A stretch of DNA of 63,537 nucleotides, counting the filler, from Olpidium bornovanus S191 (taxonomy: Eukaryota > Fungi > Olpidiomycota), in assembly GCA_017911155.1 (NCBI GenBank). It is 31 parts of 31 records of this genome, joined end to end, with 100 filler letters (N's around TTAATTAATTAA, not from the genome) between each part and the next. Parts side by side here need not be neighbours in the genome. Positions count along the whole stretch, not along the records: positions 1 to 3,474 come from JAEFCI010000019.1; positions 3,575 to 5,499 come from JAEFCI010011395.1; positions 5,600 to 6,990 come from JAEFCI010009174.1; positions 7,091 to 9,554 come from JAEFCI010008051.1; 27 more parts are not named here. One strand, given 5' to 3'. Each line of letters begins with the position of its first letter. Position 1 is the stretch's first letter. Below, one piece after another: positions 1 through 9,654 of the stretch. Position numbers and translations under genes: made by a program. The notes under the pieces are model-generated. The model was not told where the DNA came from and searched no databases. It was given only the letters and a program-made list of their open reading frames with translations.

Positions 1-31
1 CATGAGTCCCGGAGTTCCCCAGCAAGGTTCA

Positions 32-191
32 GGGCAGCCTTAGATGGGAATAGTGACTGCCCCGACGAGCGCCGCTACATTGACGGAAGCCAATGGTACC
101 CCGCACGAGGGGCAATGGTTCTGGACCAACCGAGCCCCCTCCGGGGTGCTCGGTTGGTCGCTCGGCCGCTCGGCCGAAGGGGTGCTGTCAA
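32..191. other. Multi-hairpin structured element of unknown class (candidate ncRNA or cis-element)
   Basis: Perfect 12-bp inverted arms GACCAACCGAGC (124-135) / GCTCGGTTGGTC (148-159), extended by CCCC/GGGG. Flanking hairpins CCCC-GCACGA-GGGG and TCGGCC-GCTC-GGCCGA. All three are enclosed by TTGACGG (80-86) / CTGTCAA (185-191). An upstream GGGCAG/CTGCCC hairpin is also present. No family motif recognised. Confidence 0.4.
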
Positions 192-899
192 TGACGTGGG
201 GTTGTGAAACGCTTTACAAAATGTGCGCTGGCAAATGAACTTTGATGCGTGCTCGTGGAACGTGCTGCGAAAAGGCTTGTGCCTTCCACTTTGACGGGGG
301 TCGAAAAAGCTTTTTTTAGAGATGACTGTATGCAAGGCGAATACAAAACGTTTGTAGAACAAAGAGTGGAGGTGGGGGGGGGGGGGGTGGGGGGAGAAAG
401 CACGGCGGCGCGTTGGGGGGCGGGAGAGCACGGCGGGAAGATATTCGCGGCATGCATAAAATTTTTTGCCATTGACCATAGGACGGCCTTCAACCAGTGA
501 CTGCAGGGAGGGCGCGTCGTTTTTTTTTTTTTTTTTGACGGGCACGCTGAAAATGTGCGAAGCGAGAAGCGCGGGTGCAAAAGAACTGCAAAAGTCGACG
601 ACTATTTTCTAATGCTCTGCGGGATGAGGGGAAGGTTGGGTGAGGTGAAGTGGGGTGGCGGGGTGGGGGGTGGGGTGGGGAGGGGGAAGAGGTGGGGTGG
701 GGGGGGTTAGCGGTTCCTCTGGCGAGCTCAGAAATAAGCGCGACGGCCGCACTCGGCATTTACGACTTCGAACGTGAACTGATTCACAAGATCCTCTTTC
801 TCTCGTACTATGCGATATATCCTGTTCTGATGCGGCATCGTTGGGGTGCGAAAAAAAAGGGGAAAAACCTTCGGCAAAAGTCCTTGTTGTCGGCGTAGC

Positions 900-900
<1 letters not shown>

Positions 901-963
<63 letters not shown>
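901..963 (+). repeat. 63-nt poly(A) homopolymer (one of many long A/T/G/C tracts in introns and intergenic DNA)
   Basis: Read directly from the sequence. Similar tracts occur at about 6846-6886, 9468-9514, 30754-30842, 42360-42490, 50298-50430 and 63462-63537. Confidence 0.95.
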
Positions 964-964
<1 letters not shown>

Positions 965-1607
965 GGAAACAGATGGAAGGTGAGATCCGCCGGGCTCGAA
1001 GCCGACTGTCGCTGGGCCGTGAGGGAAACCGAACGAGCCGACGTTCGGGCGGCGCCAGTGCGCGGGACGCGTGGGGACAGGAGTGTGTGTGCGCGGAAGG
1101 GAGCCTCGGCCGCGCAGTGGTCGGGAAAAATAAGGAACGGGTGATCGGCAACCGCCGCTAACAGACCCCGCGTGACTGGCAAGTCCGACACGCTCGCGGC
1201 GCTCCGACTTTCTTCGTTTGCGCGGCGAGGGTGTACTCTGCTCGACGCAACGAGCGCGGGGCTGTCCCCTTAACTCGCCGGAGGTGAAATTCACGCGGGC
1301 CGTGTATGTTGTTTATTTTGAAAGAGTACGCGTGTCGCAGCATCCGGAGGCGTCGTCGACAGGGACGGGTCCGGTCCTTGTTGAGCGGCGTCGTGAGAAG
1401 TGGTTGTGAAACTGATTGGAAGGGCCCGCTTCAAGGCATTTGGCGCCTCAAAGCATCTTCATTTCCAGATTCTAGCTGCAGGAGATTCATCAGACTGAGC
1501 AAAATGCTCGGAAAAGCCAAGCTACCCCCTCTGCTGAATGTTGGCATGAGCTGATCTGCCTCTGCTTCCCTTCCCCGCGCCTTGTGCCTATATTATCTCG
1601 AATGCAG

Positions 1608-2978
1608 GAATCTCGAAGGCCGGCCTCAGGGCTGTCCGACTTCTGCCTCGCTTGCCCGGTATGCTCACGTTCTTCGATTTTCCCGAGTTTCATTACGGGG
1701 TTGTTCAAGATGAGGTGAAGTTGACGAGGGAAAGGACTCACATTATCTTTTTTATGGGTCGGCAGAGCTGGCGCAACGGTCGAAGAATGCCCGAACCAAC
1801 CCCTCGGCAATTTTTGCCGCCTGGCGCCCGTCGACTCTTCGCGTCTCACAGCAAGCCGCTTTCCGTCCTTCTTTTGGAGCTGCCCACCGGTTCTACGTCG
1901 CCGGCGGTCTTTCGAAGGATGCAGCGCTGGGCGACCCTGCCAAGGTGGCATCCCCGCCGAACGAGTCGGAACCCGATAGTCTTATCGAGGTCAAACCGAA
2001 CGAGACGGGCGGGGCCGATGAGCCGTTGGACCCGAAGGCGAAGGCAATGAGCCTCCTCGACGCCGTCCCCACGAACAGCATCCTCTCCAAGTCCGCTGTT
2101 GTCGCTACCGGTGTCGGCTTCACCATCTTTCTCGTGTCGAAGGAAATCTACATCCTCAACGCGGACACCGTCTTACTTGCCGCCTTCTCCGCCGTGGTTT
2201 ACCTCGGATTCAAATACCTTACCGAACCTGCGGGGCAATTTATCCTGGACCGCAACCACGTGAGGCTGTATTTGCATTTATACGGCCGCCGGGCACTCGC
2301 TCGTTATGATAGTTTGCGTCGAACCATGTCGCCTTTGACTTGGTTGTTCTCCCGTTTTCCATTTTCCAGCACATTTGGGGAATCCAACGAGATGCTCGTA
2401 TCCGTCACAGAAGTATAGTCCAGTCTCGCCTTGACGAGGTAGACAGGATGTCAGACATTGTGGATGTCACCAAGAATATGTTTGAGATGTCTAAGGTAGG
2501 CATGTTAGCATGGTTTTGTGTTTAATACCGGTGTCCAATTGCTATTTGCTTTGCCTGACAGGTTTGATTCCGAAAATTTTTCCCGTTTATGTTTTATTCA
2601 TCCGTTTGCAACTCATTCATCGTTATATTGTGAATTTCCAGGACATGGCCAAGTTGGAGGCACAGTCCTTTGAGCTGAAGCAGAAGTTGGCCTTGTACAG
2701 TGAGATCAAGGCCGTTCTTGACTCCTGGGTTCGCCACGAGACCGCCGTCCGCCAGCGTGAACAGTCGGAGATTGCGCACACCGTGGTCCAGCGAGTGCGG
2801 AAGAGCCTTACCGACGCCGCTCTCCAGGAACAGATCTTGCAGCAGGCTGTCGCCGACGTCGAGAGTGCGTGATTTTATTCGTTCGCTGGTGGTCCGCCGT
2901 CTTCGCAATTTCAACTGCTGATTTCGGTGCGGTTGTGTGTTTGTCCGCACTCGTTTAGGGCTGGTTGCTAGGAAATGA
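1608..2978 (+). CDS. ATP4: Mitochondrial ATP synthase subunit b (subunit 4); start codon/first exon uncertain
   Basis: Inferred exons include 1766-2259 (Arg-rich presequence ending ...HRFY, then KAMSLLDAVPTNSILSKS...FLVSKEIYILNADTV), an exon HIWGIQRDARIRHRSIVQSRLDEV...FEMSK, an exon DMAKLEAQSFELKQK...KAVLDSWVRHETAVRQREQ...QQAVADVE, and a last exon 2959-2978 (RLVARK*). LDSWVRYE/REQ-type motif of fungal Atp4; GT-AG introns. Confidence 0.93.
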
Positions 2979-3474
2979 ATGGCGGCCGATGTTCCGCGGT
3001 CCTGATGACGTGCTGGAATTGAAACTTGAATTGAAAGACTGGAAGAATCAAAGAGCGTGGAAATCTTTTTACGGTTGTTCGCTTTCGAGATGACTGACGC
3101 TGGCCGGGGCAGGTTCGTGGGCCCCTGTCGCCCGACAATGCTTGACGCGTCTCGGGATCTCAGTCAATCCATCAGCCGAACGTGGACTGGTGTACTGTGG
3201 ACAGTCAGGTTGCGCTTTTTTGGTGGCGCCGCGGTCAGGTCCTTGGTCGAAGGAGGTCGCTGGGCAAAGGCGTTTTTATTCAAGTTCCGGTTGACTACGT
3301 GTAGGTAAAGTACAAGAGCGAGTGCAGTACTTAAGCGAACGTGCAAGCGTCGAAGTGTGTAAAGTACGACGGAGAGAGGGAGGAAGGGGCTCCATTTATG
3401 CGATGGTGCGCCCTGGGCGCTGTACTGCGCCGTACTGCGCCGCGCCGGCGTCCGCGTGGAGTCTGGCGGGCATG

Positions 3475-3574
3475 NNNNNNNNNNNNNNNNNNNNNNNNNN
3501 NNNNNNNNNNNNNNNNNNTTAATTAATTAANNNNNNNNNNNNNNNNNNNNNNNNNNNNNNNNNNNNNNNNNNNN
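3475..3574. other. Artificial contig-joining linker (44 N + TTAATTAATTAA + 44 N); first of 30 identical linkers
   Basis: The identical 100-bp unit recurs between all contigs, and TTAATTAATTAA gives stops in all six frames. Contigs: 1-3474, 3575-5499, 5600-6990, 7091-9554, 9655-12336, 12437-14178, 14279-15787, 15888-17279, 17380-20649, 20750-22909, 23010-24287, 24388-26635, 26736-27754, 27855-29142, 29243-30975, 31076-32547, 32648-34599, 34700-37554, 37655-39314, 39415-42245, 42346-44170, 44271-45701, 45802-47886, 47987-49679, 49780-52325, 52426-54284, 54385-56843, 56944-58314, 58415-59591, 59692-61089, 61190-63537. Confidence 0.99.
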
Positions 3575-4896
3575 CATGGCCAGGAATTCGTGCGTGCGGC
3601 ACGCCCTCCGCAAATGCAGCGAGGTCCATCGGCGGCCGGCGGCCAGTATGTGCCGGATTTCTCCGGTGCCTCGAAGGCCCGCACGTACACGGCTTCGGAT
3701 ATCAGGTTGCCGGTAACGGCGGCTGGAAGAAAGCAGCGTGCTGGCGGGGTGGCGGCTTCGCCGGCCGCGTACGGGTGGGAAGCCAAGCCATCGACGTCGC
3801 AGGAGAAGCAGCACCGCAAGCCGCAGTTCGGCGGTCCTTCCCAGCTTTCGGGGAGTTATCAACTGCCCGCAGAGGACCGTCTGGACAGGCTTCCAGCAAT
3901 CGAACCCCAGAACCAGCGAGGTGAACCGGCGTTTCTCTATTCGTCCCCGGAGCCTGTCGGTCGATACCATCTACCCTCTGCAAACGGGGCGCTTGTAGTG
4001 CCGGACCGCCAGTCGCATTCGTTGCGGCCTGTCCCGTTGTGGCTGCAAACGACGGCGGCGGCTGCCGCGGACGAATATCAGCAGCGGTATCGGAAGGAGC
4101 TCGCATCGTCCTCGTCGGCCTCTTTCTACATCCCTCATGCAGGGACTTACCAATTCGTGGCAGCACCGGTGTTAAGTTATCCTGCCGTCCCGCCTGCGAC
4201 CTCGAACGAACCGCCGCTCCTGGAAGAGGGCCAGAAGCTATCCTCCACAGAACGTGTGCGGCGGCTACGACGGTGGACAGGCGAAGAGGAGTCCGGTACC
4301 CCGGTAGCCCGCAAGGCACCGCCCACCGCTGGAAGCACTAAAGCGAGGGCGTTCGGGTCAACGTTCAGCCTCTCGTCGACCCCATCGGCGTCGACGGTTC
4401 CCGAGACGATGACCACCAACGCGCGTTACAAACACTCGCAGGAAGTGGCGGCGGATCCCAAAAGCGGGTACATGGCCGGAGGCCTGGGCGGGCACGAATA
4501 CCGGCCGTACGGAGCAAAGGACTTCCAGAAGTTGAAGGAGCATTACCAGCACAGGAAGCTGCCGCATGGGCTGGGACCAAGCGAGGATGAGCACTGGCGC
4601 GCGGCGGTTAGGATTACCTGCCTCACTATCGAGGGCGTTAGAACCGTGTTTTTTTCAGTAACTAATAATGTAATCCCGCCCGATCTGAACCACAGGTTCA
4701 AAAGTCGGAGCGGATGAAAGCATATGCTGACAAGGTCCGTCAGGAATTAACCAGCCGGCCTTGCACGCAACAGAGTTGCTCCGTCGTGTACTCTTCGCCG
4801 ACGCATCTGTCAACGTACCCGTCTCCACCACAACAATTGCCATACTGGTCAGGAAGATCTCCTGATCTATATTACGCATATATCGAACACCATTGA
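3575..4896 (+). CDS. JHY-domain (juvenile hydrocephalus/C11orf63-like) ciliary protein, 5'-partial
   Basis: Long disordered ORF ending YRPYGAKDFQKLKEHYQHRKLPHGLGPSEDEHWRAA, intron 4607-4695, then VQKSERMKAYADKVRQ. This resembles the JHY C-terminal pattern Y(K/R)PY..kDy.....kLgGLGP....W......erMKeYA..vr as I recall it. Confidence 0.65.
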
Positions 4897-5725
4897 CCCA
4901 AAAAAAACCACCATTTCACTCAAGTTTTGGAATCTTCGCACAATTGAGAGAGATAGGTGGCAAGAACGTGGGACTCCAGACGAAGCCATTTTTCGACAAG
5001 ACCTCTCAATGCAAGTGGCGAATCACCAGTTGGAGATATATTTAACTGATTCGCGGAAGTTTTTGTTCTTTGGACCCACTCGTCACGTTGCAGCTTTGAC
5101 TGCAGTTGCCAACGGGCCGGCACCAAGGCGGCAGTCGTTGCCGCAGCCGTCTTCGTAGTGTTGTTTCTCCCTCCGTCGAGGCGGAATCCTGACAGGGCGA
5201 CTTTTAGGCTTCGCGCCGATTTCTCCGAGCGCCTGCAACCTGCCCCGGTTTGACGTCGCTTAGCCGCCCAGCACCGTGTTTGACAACTCTTGCTTCGTGG
5301 CAAACTTGGGTGCCATTAGGCACTCCTTGCCCCTGAGCGTTTAATACAGTGGTCTCGACAGCTCTCGGTGACTGGCTCCGCTGCGTATGTAACGACGCAA
5401 ATAAAATAAGGTTTAGGGCCCGGGTTCGGGCGCCGGTTTAGAATCGGTAAAATATCTTACCACGGCGCGCATCGATACTTATTGAAGGGCGTAGACATGN
5501 NNNNNNNNNNNNNNNNNNNNNNNNNNNNNNNNNNNNNNNNNNNTTAATTAATTAANNNNNNNNNNNNNNNNNNNNNNNNNNNNNNNNNNNNNNNNNNNNC
5601 ATGTCCAAAATATATAAACGCCTTTTAAGACGCAGCAAGTGAATAAGGGGTGGACACTCGTTCGTGCCTGCAGCGGTTGCAAATCTAGTGCGGCAGAACA
5701 GCGGAACCGTTCGCGTGCCGGGCCC

Positions 5726-6805
5726 CTATTTCTTCCCGCTCTTTTTGATGCCGCCTGTAAACGCAAGCAAAACAGCAGCGCGCCGGTGAACGAGAAGCTC
5801 GCTGCAGACGACCCCCGATCCCGCAACCCCGGGCGAGGTCCCGTACCTCCCACTTGTTTTTTCCGCGACGAAACAGGCGTGGACGGGAGGAAGCGGCCGA
5901 AACGACGCGGGGATTAGTGGCTGGTGCAACGAGCAGGCCGAGCAAAAGCGGCGGAACGATGCCGGAAACGCGTTTCGAACACGGGGGCAAACGGGCTCCC
6001 AAAGACGCACATAGCGGACCCTTGGACGAGGCCTTCTGTTGCAGCTCCTTCCGCTTCTTTTCTTCTTCGGCCTTTTTCGCCTTGAAGGCAACGTCTACCT
6101 GCGGCACGCAAAAAAACAGAAAACAAAGTAAAGATAAATGAAACTCGGCACACCAGCCAACAGCGCGAGATGTTCGCAGCGCGCGACGAAACAGGAAGGC
6201 GCCTGCTCCTTCCGGCGATCGGCAAGAGGAGAACCGCGGCGCTCACCTCATCCTCGTCCTTTGCTTGAGCTTTCGGCTGGGAAATCATAATATTTTTGGT
6301 TTGCGGGTGGCGAGAGCCAGGAAAAGAAAAAGAAAGGCTGGCTTTCAGCACCTGCTGGGAGTCCCGGCCAAAAAGCGGACGAGGGAGTGGGGAGAGAAAG
6401 AAGGAGGGTGGCGGGATGCCCGAAAACGCTGCGACGGTCGACAAGGCAGAAGAGCGCACCTTCTTGAGCGGCTGGGTTTCGGCAAGAGAGGACACGAGGC
6501 GGCCCAAAAAAAAAAAAAAAAAACAAAAAAAAACAAAACAAGAAGGCGAGACGGTAAGTCTCAGCGTAAGCTTGGCCTCCTCGGGAAACGCCCTCCTCGA
6601 GCACCCCTTTGCCCGCTCTTTCCGGGGTTGCGGGCGGGAGCCGGCGGGAGCGGGTGCGGGTGGGTTATGCGCGGGGCCCCGTTCTGGGCCGGCTGGCGCT
6701 GGGGGAAGGGTTGGGAGGGGCAGGCGGCAGGCAGGCAAAGGTGAGAGAGGAAGGTGCGCTGCGCTTTCAACACGGCACCTTCAGCTTTCCACCTTGTCTT
6801 GACAT
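5726..6805 (-). CDS. TMA7: Translation machinery-associated protein 7, complete, 6 exons
   Basis: Exons 6805-6779, 6471-6460 (12 nt), 6276-6247, 6098-6011, 5852-5847 (6 nt), 5754-5726; total 192 nt. Product [63 protein letters not shown], matching the Tma7 consensus (GGK.KPLK...[13 protein letters not shown]). All introns GT-AG. Confidence 0.93.
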
Positions 6806-6843
6806 TGCGGAAACGTTAAGGCGGGGGGTTTTCTCGAGCGGGT

Positions 6844-6886
<43 letters not shown>

Positions 6887-6918
6887 CCCCCTTGGGGGTT
6901 TTTTTTGCGGGGGGGGGG

Positions 6919-6982
<64 letters not shown>

Positions 6983-7090
6983 TTGTGTGGNNNNNNNNNN
7001 NNNNNNNNNNNNNNNNNNNNNNNNNNNNNNNNNNTTAATTAATTAANNNNNNNNNNNNNNNNNNNNNNNNNNNNNNNNNNNNNNNNNNNN

Positions 7091-7669
7091 AACACAAAAA
7101 AATATCGGTACGGAAGCCAACGGCAGATTCTACCTCTCCCCTTCCCCCTCCCTTACTCTCGACGCAGAGCGAAGGATAGATACGTTCGGGGCCATTTTTC
7201 TTTTCCATGCTTTTGTTTTTTTCTTGCGGGGGGGGGGTTGGTTTTTCACCTTTGTTCTTGAGGGCGTGGCTGACCATCTTCTCGACGCGCACGTTCCGCT
7301 GCTTCATCCGCTGGCCGGTGAATTGAGACGGCATCTCCTTGAGAGACATGTGCAGGTTCAGGTGTTCCGGCAGCACGCCGAGCTCCATGTCGAAGACGTA
7401 CGGGAACCGCTTGGCGAAACATAGAAAGACGTGCGGGAAACGGAAAAAAAAATAAATCAAAGTTGAGTCCCGGTGAAGGGTGTCGCCGTGGTGCCGTGAA
7501 AAGGAAGGTGGGGGAGGGAAAAAAAGTTGGCGATATAATTTTCCGTGCCTTTTTTCCTCCCCCCACCCCCACTCCCAGAAAGGAAATTCGAATATAGGCT
7601 CACGGATTTGTCGCACGCCGGGGCCTTCACGTGCTTGACGGCGGCGCTCGGGCGTCGGTTGTGAACGTC

Positions 7670-7702
<33 letters not shown>

Positions 7703-9317
7703 AGGCCCGGCCGCGGGCGGTTCGCCCTTCTCGGGGGCGGCGGCGGCGGCGGGTTTCGCGCGCCCCGGCGCGAACGGAGGACGGCCGTCGTCGGGGGCCA
7801 GCGCGCGGCCGGCTTCCGGCGCCCCGCCGCGGGGTCCTCCCGCCGCCGCCGCCTCCGCCTGAGGCGGCTCCTTCTTCGGCCTCTGCTTGGCCTTTCCCCT
7901 CATCTCCGCAATGTCGGCGATGACCTTCTTGTGCCAGGGGCTCCGCCAGACCGCGAACGGCGGGCCGCCGGCTTGCGGGACGTACGGCGCCCGCCTCCTG
8001 GGGCCGCCGCCGCCGCCGCCGGATGCTGCTCCGGCAGCCGCCGGCGCGTGCGAACCCTCCGCGCCGGCGACGGAGGACGACGAGGGCGGGCCCCCCGCCG
8101 GCGGGGCCGCCCCGCCGCCTTCCTCGCCCGCCGTTTGCTGCTCCCCGCCGCCTTCCGCCCCGCGCCGCCGCCGCTCCGCCTTCCTGCGCAGCACCTCCCG
8201 CTGTTTCGCGGCGTACCGCATCACCTCCTCCCGCCTCTGCTCCCGGTAGCGTTTCCGCCGCGACTCGAGCAGCGCGATGATCGCGTCCGTCCTCTGATCC
8301 CCCCGCCCGCCCGACGCACCCCGAAGGCAAAAAAAAAAGAAAAATGTCTCGTCAGCGGCGCAAACGGTGGTTTTTTTTTTTTTTTTTTTTTTTTTGGAAA
8401 TGTCGGGAGCGCCGCTCTCGCTATCAACTCCCTCTCTCTCCACACACACGCGCGCGCGCACCTCTTTCACGGTCAGTTCCTCTCGACCGTCGTGGCCGGA
8501 GGCGTGCGCGCGGACCTTTGACTGCTCTCCCCGCGCGAGCGCCCGCGGTGTCCTGCGGGAGTGGTGGACGGCCGGGATGGCGTCGCGTCGTTTCGTCGTC
8601 ATCATCAAAATCCCCGGTGAAGAAACGCGGGAGAAAGCAGCAGGGGGAACCCCCCCCCCCGGTTCGGCCCTTACTCGACCTTTTTCATCACCACAACCCC
8701 GCCCCTTCGCTCTTCCCTCCTCCTCCGTCCCTCACGACCAACCGGAGAAAGATCTTCTGCGCGGAGAAGAGGGGGAGGGGTTTTTTTTTGCATTCGCCGT
8801 ACCGCGAATGCGCCGCCCCGGTCCCGTTGGTTTTCTCGGTCCCCTGGTGCTGCCTCGCCCTGGCCGCGTCACCTCCTTCTCCACCGCCCCCTTCCGACTG
8901 CAGCGGCGGCCTTTTCTGCGCGCGGAAACCGTCCCCCAGGAAGAGCCGGACCCATTCCTCGTCGAAGATGTCTTTCTGCCCCGCCGCCGCCGCTGCCGCC
9001 GCCGCCCGACGATGCTCCGGCCCAGCGGGACGGCCGTCGGCAGCGGAGCCGCCCTCGTCCTCGCACTCGTCCCCGTTCTCCTCTTCTTCCTCCTCCTCCT
9101 TTTCCCCCTCCCCCTCCTGCTCCGCCTCCGCCCGCAGCTCCGGCGGCGGCGGCGGCGGCGGGGCCTCGTCGGCGTGGCGCCGCCGACGAGGTTTTTGCCG
9201 CGGGGCGCACGTGCGGCCGGCGCCGGCGGGGGTCGGGTTGACGCCGCCGCCGCCGCCGCCTCCTCCTCCTCCTTCGCGGAGAAGAAAACTTCGCGGGTTT
9301 TCGACGGCGGCAGACAT
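7091..9317 (-). CDS. Hypothetical multi-exon low-complexity/coiled-coil protein, 3'-partial
   Basis: ATG at 9317 (MSAAVENPRSFLL...DIFDEEWVRLFLGDGF). Further exon-like frames with GT/AG borders: RTDAIIALLESRRKRYREQRREEV...PWHKKVIADI and FAKRFPYVFDMELGVLPEHLNLHMSLKEMPSQFTGQRMKQRNVRVEKMVSHALKNK. No family recognised. Confidence 0.55.
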
Positions 9318-9468
9318 TTTTCTTTTTTTTTTTTTTTCAACACGTTTATGCGAGCTTTGTTGCGCGCGCCCGCGTGCGTCCGCGTTCGGAGAACGAGAAA
9401 GAGCGGGACAGAAAAAACGTTTTTCCACCGACCTTGGGGCGCGCGCGGGCGCGGGAGACGGCGGGAGG

Positions 9469-9516
<48 letters not shown>

Positions 9517-9654
9517 GGGCCCCCCCCCCCCCCCCCCACCCCCCTCCCCCCCACNNNNNNNNNNNNNNNNNNNNNNNNNNNNNNNNNNNNNNNNNNNNTT
9601 AATTAATTAANNNNNNNNNNNNNNNNNNNNNNNNNNNNNNNNNNNNNNNNNNNN

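Noticed and set aside
1-60. Resemblance of AGTCCCGGA...GGGCAG to the RNase MRP CR-I/P8 region
   Set aside because: No complementary P4 partner strand or GARAR loop was found on either strand within range.
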